From Gemmatimonadaceae bacterium (GTDB taxonomy: Bacteria; Gemmatimonadota; Gemmatimonadetes; Gemmatimonadales; Gemmatimonadaceae), in contig JADGQS010000001.1 in NCBI GenBank assembly GCA_017881585.1, positions 932 through 64,931 of the forward strand: a stretch of DNA of 64,000 nucleotides. The letters are read 5' to 3'. Numbering within the stretch: the first letter of the stretch is position 1; every line of letters begins with the position of its first letter. The position numbers and the translations under genes were made by a program. This document shows positions 56,046-64,000 of this stretch, piece by piece. A model generated the notes under the pieces. It had not been told where the DNA came from, made no database searches, and saw only the letters and a program-made list of their open reading frames with translations.

Positions 56046-58040
56046 ATGCTCTCCGTTTCGACGACTCCCATACCCGGCAAAGTGGAAGAACCGCAGATCA
56101 CGCAGTCGGACGCCGAGCTGCGCTCGCACGTCGAGCGCGTGCTCAATTCCACGTATGAGCTCGATCGGGAGATCGGTCGCGGCGGCATGGGGATCGTGTA
56201 TCGCGCGAAGGATCGCCGTCTCAAGCGGACGGTCGCGATCAAGCTCCTGCCGCCCGAGCTCGCGTTCCGCTCCGAGATCCGTTCGCGCTTCCTTCGCGAG
56301 GCGGAGACGGCGGCGCAGCTCTCGCACCCGTGCATCGTTCCGATCTACAGCGTGGACGAAAAGGACGGCCTCGTCTTCTTCGTGATGGCGTTCGTCGACG
56401 GCGATACGCTGGCGAAGCGGATCCACGATCGCGGCGCGCTCGATCCGACGGAGGTGCGACGCATCCTCCGCGAGGTCGGCGACGCGCTTGCATACGCACA
56501 TGCGCACGGCGTGGTGCATCGCGACATCAAGCCCGACAACATCCTGCTCGACGCCGCGAGCAATCGTCCGATGGTCACGGACTTCGGCATTGCGCGTGCG
56601 ATCAGCGACGGCAGCGCCCGGCTCACGGCCACCGGCATCGCGATCGGTACGCCGGCGTTCATGAGCCCCGAGCAATCCGCGGGCGACCGCGACGTCGACG
56701 GCCGCAGCGATCTGTACTCGCTCGGCGTCGTCGCGTACCAGATGCTGTGCGGCGAACTGCCGTTCAACGCGACGAACACGCCGGCGCTGCTCGTGAAGCA
56801 TCTCTCCGAGCGTCCGGTGCCGGTGGAACAGCGCGCCTCGGGCATCCCGTCGGATCTCGCGCGGGCGGTGATGCTCTGCCTGGAGAAGAATCCGGACGAT
56901 CGGTTCCCGAGCGCGCAGGCGTTCGTCACGGCGCTCGACAGCGGCATCGTCCCGAACCTCCCGGTGCCGCGGATGATGCCGGCGCCGGCCGCGCCGTCGG
57001 GCTACCCGACGGCCGCGAACGACCCGATCGGATCGTACGTCGCGACCGCCGAGGACCGCGCGCGGTGGGAAGCGCCGGACGTGGCGAAATTCCGGCGCAG
57101 GCTTGGCCCCTTCATGTTCGTGGGCGCGGCGCTGGTGATTCTCTCGCCGTTCAGCGTCGGCCGCCCGTTCCTCGGCATCTGGGGTGTGTACGCCGTCTAC
57201 ATGGCGTACAAGTACGCCCTGCTCTGGAGCGCCGGATTCGACTGGCACGACGTGTTCCGCCAGCCGCGCCAGCGGCTGTTCATGGACCACGTCAGCGAGT
57301 TCGGCGACGAAATCCAGGCGTTCTGGAATGCCAAGAAGCGGGTCGAAGTGCGCGAGCGTCACGTCGCGCGGCTCTCCGCGCCGGGCATGTTCAGCCCGGT
57401 TCCGAGCTCGCTGTCACCCGCCATGGGCACGGCCGCATCGAACGTTGCCGCGAGCGCCGCATCGTTCGCGAGCGGGCCGCACGCCGCCGTCACGCGGCGC
57501 GCGATGGATGACTGCAACGAGATCGTCCGTCTCGTGGAGTCGCTGCCCAAGGCCGATCGCGGCCGCATTCCCGACGTCATCACCACCGCGCAGACGCTGA
57601 CCAACAAGGTGCTCGGCCTCGCCGCGGCGCTCGAACGGCTCGACCGTGAGGCCGGCAGCGTGTCGGCCGACAATATCGAGAAGGAGATCTCCCTGCTCGA
57701 GTCGCAGGCGAACCCGCTCGATCGCGCCGGCAGCGAGTCGCGCGTGCGCCGGCTCGCGGCGCTCAAGCGCCAGCGGCGGACGGTCGCCGACCTCGGACGC
57801 CGCCGCGGCGAGATGAATGGAAAGCTCGAGAGCTGCGCGCTCGCGCTGCAGAACATGCGGCTCGACGTGGTGCGGCTCCGCACCGGCACCAACGCCGAGA
57901 GCTGGCAGCACATCACCTCGGTGGCCGACCAGGCGATGGCGCTCGCGAGGGAAGTCGACAACGCCGTGTACGTCGCCGACGAAATGGCGCGCATCAACCC
58001 GAGGTCAAACACGCCCCGCAGCGAGTCGGGACGGTCGTGA
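56046..58040 (+). CDS. Ser/Thr protein kinase with a membrane segment and a C-terminal coiled-coil domain (paralog 1)
   Basis: GRGGMGIVYRAKD..VAIK, HRDIKPDNILLD, DFGIAR, MSPEQ. Hydrophobic pair FMFVGAALVILSPF / IWGVYAVYMAYKYALLW. Long helical C-terminus. Confidence 0.85.
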   Translation: MLSVSTTPIPGKVEEPQITQSDAELRSHVERVLNSTYELDREIGRGGMGIVYRAKDRRLKRTVAIKLLPPELAFRSEIRSRFLREAETAAQLSHPCIVPIYSVDEKDGLVFFVMAFVDGDTLAKRIHDRGALDPTEVRRILREVGDALAYAHAHGVVHRDIKPDNILLDAASNRPMVTDFGIARAISDGSARLTATGIAIGTPAFMSPEQSAGDRDVDGRSDLYSLGVVAYQMLCGELPFNATNTPALLVKHLSERPVPVEQRASGIPSDLARAVMLCLEKNPDDRFPSAQAFVTALDSGIVPNLPVPRMMPAPAAPSGYPTAANDPIGSYVATAEDRARWEAPDVAKFRRRLGPFMFVGAALVILSPFSVGRPFLGIWGVYAVYMAYKYALLWSAGFDWHDVFRQPRQRLFMDHVSEFGDEIQAFWNAKKRVEVRERHVARLSAPGMFSPVPSSLSPAMGTAASNVAASAASFASGPHAAVTRRAMDDCNEIVRLVESLPKADRGRIPDVITTAQTLTNKVLGLAAALERLDREAGSVSADNIEKEISLLESQANPLDRAGSESRVRRLAALKRQRRTVADLGRRRGEMNGKLESCALALQNMRLDVVRLRTGTNAESWQHITSVADQAMALAREVDNAVYVADEMARINPRSNTPRSESGRS

Positions 58041-60028
58041 CCGAGCGCGACGCGCTGCGCGACCGCGTTGAACGCGCGGTCGGCGCGCTCTTTGAGATCG
58101 AGGACGAGATCGGACGCGGCGGCATGGCCGTCGTCTATCGTGCGCGCGACGTGCGGCTGCACCGCAAGGTGGCGCTGAAGGTCCTTCCGCCCGAGCTCGC
58201 GTTCCGCGCGGAGGTGAAGTCGCGATTCCTGCGCGAGGCGCAGATGTCCGCGCAACTTTCGCACCCGAACATCGTCCCGATCTACACGGTGGACGAGATC
58301 GACGGCGTCGTGTTCTTCTCGATGGGACTCGTCGATGGCGAGACGCTCGCGCAGCGCCTCGCGCACGAACCGCGCCCGCCGCTCGCGACGGTGCGCGCGA
58401 TGCTGCGCGAAGTCGCCGACGCGCTCGCGTACGCTCACGGGCGCCACGTCGTACATCGCGACGTAAAGCCCGACAACATCCTCGTCGAGCGCGCGACGGG
58501 GCACGTGCTGGTCTCGGACTTCGGCATCGCGCGCGCGGCGGAGGGAGACGCGCGGCTCACCGTCACCGGCGTCGCGGTCGGCACTCCGGCGTACATGAGT
58601 CCCGAGCAGGCGATGGGCGACCGCGACGTGGACGGGCGTGCCGACATCTACGCGCTGGGAATTGTCGGATATCAGATGCTCGCCGGCGAGCTTCCGTTCA
58701 AGGCGGCGAACACGCCGTCGATGCTGATGAAGCACATCAGCGAGCGCCCGCGCCCGCTGGGCGAAGTGCGGCCGGACCTGCCCGCGAACCTCATCTACGC
58801 GATCGAGCGCGCGATGCAGAAGGGGCGCGACGATCGCTGGCCCGACGCCTCGTCGTTTCACGACGCGCTGGCGGACGCGGCGCCGCTGCCTCCGGAGGTT
58901 CGTTCTTCTCCGAGGTTTGCCGCCCCGCTCTACCCGCTTCCGGTTCCCGCCACGGATTCCGTTGGGCAGCCTCCTGCGTATCCCCGCTTCCCGGCGCTTC
59001 CGCAGGGATGGATGCTCAATCCCGACACGCGCGAATACGGCCGCGAGGCGCTTCGCGAGTGGAAGGAAGAGGCGCGCAACTGGCGCCAGCGCTACGGCAG
59101 GCACGCGGTCGTCGGGGTCCGACTTGGTTGGAAGGAACTGCGCCGCGCGCGTCGCGAGGGATTGCTCGGTCCGCAGACGCCCGAGGATCGCATTCGCCGC
59201 GTGCAGCGCGCGGTCCTCGGGTATGTCGGGACGGTCGGATTCCTCGCCGCGATCAACCTGATGACGAGCCCGCAGTACTATTGGTTCCTGTGGCCCGCGA
59301 TGGGCATGGCGATCGGCTTGTTCGCACGGACGTCCCGGCTTTGGGTGGACGGCATTCCGCTGTACCGCGTATTCCAGCGGCAACCGCATGTCCAGGCGCC
59401 GCCTCAAGGTGCGCCCGCGCTCGCGTCAAATGCCGCCTACCCGCCCGCGGAGATTCCGTGGTCGGCGCCGAGCCGTGAACCACCGGAACTCGCCGCCATT
59501 CCTCGCGACGTGCTCGAGGGTCCGCAGGGCGCGACGATTCGGGAAGCGGTGAACACGAAGGCGACCATCGCCGGCGTGCTCGCGAAGCTTTCGCCTTCCG
59601 ATCGCCAGATGCTCCCCGAAATCCAGCCGACGGTGGATGCGCTCGTCGAACGGATATGCTCACTCGCGCAGGGATTGCACCAGCTCGACGCCGACGCGTC
59701 GCCGGCGGCGATCGCGACGCTCGAGCGCCGGATCGCCGCCGCGAAATCAGGGCCGTCGGATGCGCCAGACCTCGAGCGGCGGCTGCAGCTGCTCGAGCGG
59801 CAGCGTGCGACGCTCAACGATCTCGCGGCGCGCCGCGGCACCGTGGCCGAGCAGCTCGAGCGCGCCTCACTCGTGCTGCAGACGATGAAGCTCGACCTCT
59901 TCAAGCTCAGGTCGAGCGGCCTCGATGCGAAGCTCGACGCCTCGACGGGCGCGACGCAGGAGGCGCGGGCGCTCTCGACCGACATCGGGCGCGTCATCGA
60001 GGCGGCGAACGAGGTGCGGAGGCTCTAG
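58037..60028 (+). CDS. Ser/Thr protein kinase with a 2TM segment and a C-terminal coiled-coil domain (paralog 2)
   Basis: GTGA overlap with paralog 1. GRGGMAVVYRARD..VALK, HRDVKPDNILVE, DFGIAR. LGYVGTVGFLAAINLMTSPQYYWFLWPAMGMAIGLF. Helical C-terminus colinear with paralog 1. Confidence 0.85.
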   Translation: MTERDALRDRVERAVGALFEIEDEIGRGGMAVVYRARDVRLHRKVALKVLPPELAFRAEVKSRFLREAQMSAQLSHPNIVPIYTVDEIDGVVFFSMGLVDGETLAQRLAHEPRPPLATVRAMLREVADALAYAHGRHVVHRDVKPDNILVERATGHVLVSDFGIARAAEGDARLTVTGVAVGTPAYMSPEQAMGDRDVDGRADIYALGIVGYQMLAGELPFKAANTPSMLMKHISERPRPLGEVRPDLPANLIYAIERAMQKGRDDRWPDASSFHDALADAAPLPPEVRSSPRFAAPLYPLPVPATDSVGQPPAYPRFPALPQGWMLNPDTREYGREALREWKEEARNWRQRYGRHAVVGVRLGWKELRRARREGLLGPQTPEDRIRRVQRAVLGYVGTVGFLAAINLMTSPQYYWFLWPAMGMAIGLFARTSRLWVDGIPLYRVFQRQPHVQAPPQGAPALASNAAYPPAEIPWSAPSREPPELAAIPRDVLEGPQGATIREAVNTKATIAGVLAKLSPSDRQMLPEIQPTVDALVERICSLAQGLHQLDADASPAAIATLERRIAAAKSGPSDAPDLERRLQLLERQRATLNDLAARRGTVAEQLERASLVLQTMKLDLFKLRSSGLDAKLDASTGATQEARALSTDIGRVIEAANEVRRL

Positions 60029-60047
60029 AGCGAAGCACGAGGGCCGT

Positions 60048-62075
60048 TCAGCGGTGTGCGAACTCCGCCACCGACCGCGGCCCATTCGTGAGGAAGTTCT
60101 GCACGCCGATCCGCATGTCCTCGGTCGCGCAGCACTCGCCGAAGAGTTCCGATTCGATGCGAAGGCCTTCGGCCAGAGGCTTGCGGCCTCCCTCGACGAT
60201 CGCGCGGCAGATGAGGCCGTCGATCGCGCGGCTCCGATGACCGATGTCGATCGACGGCAACGCGGCGGGTACGTCGAGCGGCCGCGGGTCGATCGGCTTC
60301 AGCTGCACCTCGCCGCGTGCGGCCGCTCGTGCGAGCGCGATGGCGGCATCCACGACGTCGCCGTCCACCTCCTCGCGAATGAGCCCGCACTCGACGGCTT
60401 CCCGGCCGGATAGTGCGCGGCCCGTGCGCAGCATCTCGGCGGCTCGCTCGACGCCGACGAGGCGCGGCAACCGCTGTGTGGCGCCTGCGCCGGGAACGAT
60501 GCCGAGATTCGCCTCGGGCTGGGCGACCGCGACCGGCAATCCAGCCCGCACGAGACGCGCCGTGCAGCACATCGCCAGCTCGTTGCCGCCGCCGAACGCC
60601 ATGCCGTTGAGCGCGCAGATCACGGGCTTGCCGAGATGCTCGAACAGGTTGCCCGACACCTTCGATCGCTCCGACGTGGCGACTCCCTCGGCGGGACTCT
60701 TGATCGCCGCGAGGAAACCCACGTCGGCGCCCGAGACGAAGGCCTTGGGGCCGAAGCCCGTGATCACCACGGCGGCGATCTTCTTGTCGTCGCGCAGCGC
60801 GGCGGCGTGCGCTGCCAGCTGTTCGTAGACGTCGTCGTTGAGCGCGTTCAGCACGCGCGGCCGGCGGATGGTGAGCACGGCCACATCGCCCTCGTCGCGC
60901 CGAATGACCTGCTCGATCCGGAACGGCCGCCCCGCTCGTGCCTGCGCGGCGATGCACTTCGGCACCGGGAATCCGGGATGCCCGGCGGCGTAGGCTTCCA
61001 CCAGCGCGAGCGCGCGTCCGACACCCATTTCGTTCATCAGTGAGAAGGGCGCGCGCATCGCGAGCCCGGTCTCGACGCCAAGCTCGAGGTCGGCGAGCGT
61101 GATGATGCCGCTGTCGAGGATCTCTCCCGCGAGACCGAAATACGCGCCGAGCATGGTGTCGCCGATCTTCCTGCCCTGCTCCGGCGTGAGCTCGATCTTC
61201 TCGTCGCGCTTCGGCACGTCCCACGGCTTGCCCGACGCCATCGCGTCCTTCATGAGACGCGGCGAGCGAAACCACGGGCCGATCTTCGACGTCATCACGT
61301 CGAGCGAGTGATTGGTGATCGGGTTGCCGCCCGTGAGGTTCATCGCGGTGAAGGGCCCGATGCCGAGCCCCAGCGCAACTCGGGCGGCGGTATCGACTTC
61401 CTTGACCGTGCCGAGCCCCTCCTCGACGGCGAGCGCAGCGGCCAGGAACAGCCCCTCGAACACCGGATTCACGGCGTAGCCGAACCGCCCGCCCACGAGC
61501 ACCGGGATCTTCCCGATCTCCTCATAGAGCCCCATCAGCGACCGGGTGCGCGCGGGATCGGTATCCCGTCCCGGGACGATCTCGACGAGCAAGTTGCGCT
61601 CGGCCGGGAAAAAATAGTGGATGACGAGCGCACGCTTGCGCGCGTCGGCGCTGAGGCCGCCGAAGATCTCTTCGGGCTCGATGTGCGAGGAGTTCGAGGC
61701 AAGAATGGCGTCCGGTCCGCAGAGCGACTCGAGCTGGGCGAAGATCTTCCTCTTGATGTCGAGGTTCTCGGTCGCCGCCTCCACCACGAGGTTTGCGCCG
61801 GCGAGCTGCGCGTAGTCGGTGGTGAAGGTGAGGGCGCGGATCATCGCATCGGCGGCGTCCGGCTTGAACGCGCCGCTCTCTCGTCCCTTGGCGATCTTCT
61901 GCTCGGCCTTGGCGCGGCCGCGCGCCACCGCCTCTTCAGAGACATCGACGACCACGACGGGCACCCCGTGCGTGTGGAACGCCTTGGCGAAATAGAGCGC
62001 GATATCCGGGCCGATGTTGCCGGAGCCGACGACCCCGATCTTGTCGATGGCGAGATCCCTGAAGCGGTAACTCAC
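60048..62075 (-). CDS. 3-hydroxyacyl-CoA dehydrogenase / enoyl-CoA hydratase fusion (reverse domain order to FadJ)
   Basis: N-terminal Rossmann IGVVGSGNIGPDIA, 3HCDH C-domain, C-terminal crotonase (ITGFGPKAFVSGADV, NGMAFGGGNELA). Start moved to GTG 62075, preceded by GGAGGA; the tracked ORF begins at TTG 62090. Confidence 0.85.
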   Translation of the reverse strand: MSYRFRDLAIDKIGVVGSGNIGPDIALYFAKAFHTHGVPVVVVDVSEEAVARGRAKAEQKIAKGRESGAFKPDAADAMIRALTFTTDYAQLAGANLVVEAATENLDIKRKIFAQLESLCGPDAILASNSSHIEPEEIFGGLSADARKRALVIHYFFPAERNLLVEIVPGRDTDPARTRSLMGLYEEIGKIPVLVGGRFGYAVNPVFEGLFLAAALAVEEGLGTVKEVDTAARVALGLGIGPFTAMNLTGGNPITNHSLDVMTSKIGPWFRSPRLMKDAMASGKPWDVPKRDEKIELTPEQGRKIGDTMLGAYFGLAGEILDSGIITLADLELGVETGLAMRAPFSLMNEMGVGRALALVEAYAAGHPGFPVPKCIAAQARAGRPFRIEQVIRRDEGDVAVLTIRRPRVLNALNDDVYEQLAAHAAALRDDKKIAAVVITGFGPKAFVSGADVGFLAAIKSPAEGVATSERSKVSGNLFEHLGKPVICALNGMAFGGGNELAMCCTARLVRAGLPVAVAQPEANLGIVPGAGATQRLPRLVGVERAAEMLRTGRALSGREAVECGLIREEVDGDVVDAAIALARAAARGEVQLKPIDPRPLDVPAALPSIDIGHRSRAIDGLICRAIVEGGRKPLAEGLRIESELFGECCATEDMRIGVQNFLTNGPRSVAEFAHR

Positions 62076-62152
62076 ATCCGTATCCTCCAAGTCCGACCGG
62101 CGGAGCAGCTGTCTTCTGCCCGGTCCGGTCCACGTGCAAAAGGGAATCCCAC

Positions 62153-62180
62153 TTGACAGCGGGGCCAGCTAAGCTAGAGT
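62153..62180 (+). promoter_or_regulatory. Sigma-70-like promoter upstream of the bcrC-like gene
   Basis: TTGACA (62153-62158), 16-nt spacer, TAGAGT (62175-62180). GGAGGG SD at 62228-62233. Confidence 0.4.
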
Positions 62181-62188
62181 ATATTCTA

Positions 62189-62204
62189 TCGAACGTCCGT
62201 TCGA
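62189..62204. promoter_or_regulatory. 16-bp palindromic operator-like site just downstream of the -10 element
   Basis: TCGAACG-TC-CGTTCGA (perfect 7-bp half-sites) flanked by CTA/TAG. Confidence 0.4.
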
Positions 62205-62244
62205 AATAGGAAGGGGTCGGAAACTCCGGAGGGCGTGAGTCCGC

Positions 62245-63447
62245 ATGGCAACCCGAGTGGATGGCGGCATGGGGGCCCCGATGGCGCGCGGCGCCGTGGT
62301 GGAGTGGGCGCGCGATATCTACGACGACCTCGATTTCACCGTCGTGCGGCAGTGGCTCGAGGAGCATCCGAAGAGCAAGGCCGGCGGCTACCTCCCGGTC
62401 TACGCTCCGAGGGAGGTCCTGCATGCCACGGGATTCCTTCCGGTGGGCATCCACGGCGGCGGCGACCGGCTGGAGATCATCCGCGGCGATGCCTTCTACC
62501 AGTCGTACATCTGCCACCTGCCGCGCTCGGTGATCGAGCTCGCGCAGTCGGGGCGGCTCGACATGCTGTCGGCAGTGCTCTTCCCGTCGACCTGCGACGT
62601 CATCCGCAACCTGTCCGGTATCTGGAAGCTGCTCTACCCCGACGTCTACGTCCGGTACGTGGATGTGCCGCAGATTCCCGACCCGGGCGCCGCGGCGGAG
62701 TTCTGGGCGGGCGAGCTCCGCCGGTTGCTCGACGACCTCGGCGACGTCACCGGACACCGGCCGACCGACGAGGAGCTGCGCCGCTCGATCGCGCTGTACA
62801 ACGAAACGCGCAAGATGATCCGCACGCTGTACGCGGCTCGGCGTGAGCGCCCGTGGGACGTGCCGACCGAGGAGCTCTACCTCCTCCTCCGCGCAGGCGA
62901 GAGCGTTGCGCCGGAGGAGTTCATCGCCCGCGCGCGGCAATACCTCGCGGCGGTCGCGGCGGACCCCAAGCGCCAGCGCGACAACAGCCGCGTCGTCATC
63001 GTCGGGGCGTTCTGTGAACAGCCGCCGCTCGGACTCATCAAGAGCATCGAGCGCGCGGGCTGCTACATCGTCGACGACGACTTCCTGCTCGGGAATCGCT
63101 TCCTCACGCACGACGTCCCGACCGACGGCGATCCCGTGCGCGCGCTCGCCGACGCATTCATCCGCAACGACATGAAGTCGTCGGTGCTCTACGAGATCGA
63201 CCCGGGCGGCAAGCGGTCGCTGATGGCGAACCGGGTCGCCGCCGCGAACGCCGATGGGATCATCTTCGCCACGCCGAGTTTCTGCGATCCCGCGCTGCTC
63301 GATCAGCCCATGCTGCGCAACGGCGCCGAGAAGGCCGGCATTCCGTGCATCGCGTTCAAGTATGCCGAGAACACCGGCCAGTTCCAGCAGTTCCGCGAGC
63401 AGGCCGGGACCTTCGCGGATTCCATCAAGCTGTGGGGGGCCGCCTGA
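62245..63447 (+). CDS. Benzoyl-CoA reductase / 2-hydroxyacyl-CoA dehydratase family subunit (BcrC/BadD-like)
   Basis: 400 aa. YLPVYAPREVLHATGFLPVGIHGG..FYQSYICHLPRS..FPSTCDVIRN..FCDPALLD is the HgdB/BcrC family pattern. Size and position before a BcrB-like gene match bcrCB order. Confidence 0.7.
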   Translation: MATRVDGGMGAPMARGAVVEWARDIYDDLDFTVVRQWLEEHPKSKAGGYLPVYAPREVLHATGFLPVGIHGGGDRLEIIRGDAFYQSYICHLPRSVIELAQSGRLDMLSAVLFPSTCDVIRNLSGIWKLLYPDVYVRYVDVPQIPDPGAAAEFWAGELRRLLDDLGDVTGHRPTDEELRRSIALYNETRKMIRTLYAARRERPWDVPTEELYLLLRAGESVAPEEFIARARQYLAAVAADPKRQRDNSRVVIVGAFCEQPPLGLIKSIERAGCYIVDDDFLLGNRFLTHDVPTDGDPVRALADAFIRNDMKSSVLYEIDPGGKRSLMANRVAAANADGIIFATPSFCDPALLDQPMLRNGAEKAGIPCIAFKYAENTGQFQQFREQAGTFADSIKLWGAA

Positions 63448-64000
63448 TGTCCGTAGCGCTCAAGGACCGTTCGATGGTGCTGCAGAAGGAGATGATCGCG
63501 AACCACTTCGAGCGGCTGGCGCGGGCCCCGGAGACGGGCGAGCCCGTGGTCTACACGTTCGTGCCCGGCAACCTCACCGAACTGATCCGCTCGTTCGGCG
63601 CGCTCCCGGTGCTGCCGGAGATCAACGCGCTGCAGTCCGGCATGCGCAAGCTCTCCGGCGAGTACATCGCCGAGGCGGAACGCGCCGGCCATTCCGAGGA
63701 CGTGTGCACGTACGTGAAGTGCGACATCGGGATGATGCGCTCGGGCAACATCGGTCCGGGGGGCAAGAAGCTGCCGAAGCCCGACCTGCTGCTGCTCTCG
63801 TACACCGGATGCTACACGTTCATGAAGTGGTTCGAACTGCTCCGCGAGGAGTACGACTGCCCGACGGTGATGTTCCACGTCCCGTATCAGGGCGACGGCA
63901 AGCTCGAGCCCGAGCACCGCGAGTATATGCTGCGCCAGCTGCGCGAACAGGTGATTCCCGCGCTCGAGAAGGCGACGGGGCGGAAATACGACGAGGAGAA
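63447..64000 (+). CDS. Benzoyl-CoA reductase subunit B-like (BcrB/BadE family), 3' end outside window
   Basis: Not in the ORF track (open at the edge). ATG 63447 overlaps the upstream TGA. Translation MSVALKDRSMVLQKEMIANHFERL..FVPGNLTELI..GHSEDVCTYVKCDIGMM..LLLSYTGCYTFMKWFELLREEY. Confidence 0.7.
   Translation, partial: MSVALKDRSMVLQKEMIANHFERLARAPETGEPVVYTFVPGNLTELIRSFGALPVLPEINALQSGMRKLSGEYIAEAERAGHSEDVCTYVKCDIGMMRSGNIGPGGKKLPKPDLLLLSYTGCYTFMKWFELLREEYDCPTVMFHVPYQGDGKLEPEHREYMLRQLREQVIPALEKATGRKYDEE

Noticed and set aside
57359-59407. 682-aa minus-strand ORF. Similar long antisense ORFs occur at 54034-55917, 41034-42332, 30783-32555, 32518-34281, 38438-40261, 21519-22913, 18068-19396, 16663-17913 and 25806-27230.
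   Set aside because: All lie opposite genes with clear catalytic motifs. All have extreme Arg/Ala/Pro/Gly composition and no recognisable domains. Long open antisense frames are expected at this GC content.

Overview
This is a GC-rich chromosomal segment, roughly two-thirds G+C by eye with strong GC3 bias. Its gene content resembles a Gemmatimonadota- or Acidobacteriota-like soil bacterium: many secreted M14, M16, M23 and metzincin peptidases, a CarbopepD_reg/plug protein and long Ser/Thr kinases. That taxonomic placement is inference only.

I call 57 protein-coding genes. They are tightly packed and often translationally coupled through ATGA/GTGA start-stop overlaps. They include:
- two molybdopterin-dehydrogenase loci
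- ferredoxins, RNase D and SufT
- an ECF sigma / anti-sigma / PDZ operon
- a queG operon
- LOG plus a deoxyhypusine-synthase-like gene
- greA, glpD and fadIJ
- proline dehydrogenase, rsgA, pdxH, moaB and csaA
- a GGDEF-EAL protein and a fused 2-oxoacid dehydrogenase E1
- an HNH nuclease and an Ada/Ogt protein
- nadE, PBP1A and Lon
- two tandem Ser/Thr kinases
- the start of a benzoyl-CoA-reductase-like (bcrCB-type) cluster

I saw no rRNA, tRNA, CRISPR array, transposase, integrase or recognisable defence-gene cluster. I could not identify a convincing gene-level novel system.

The most unusual content is the repeat architecture:
- A ~36-nt repeat (GTAAACGG plus TTGGTC hexamers) lies inside four or five coding sequences. 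It is always in the same orientation and reading frame, giving the peptide TNDQRP(T/K)TVY. It looks like a solo arm of a larger palindromic intergenic element.
- Two copies of a ~155-bp nested palindrome have a terminator-like core.
- A second REP-like family is built on GCGACGGGTGAGGGGCGA.
- A cluster of GGGATGCGGAAT motifs sits in a divergent promoter region.
- A truncated four-helix-bundle (23S rRNA IVS-protein family) gene is bounded by inverted repeats.
- A strikingly AT-rich ~100-bp divergent control region precedes a ChaN-like gene.
- A terminator-like hairpin lies in the greA leader.

All functional calls rest on motif recognition by eye. No database search was possible.
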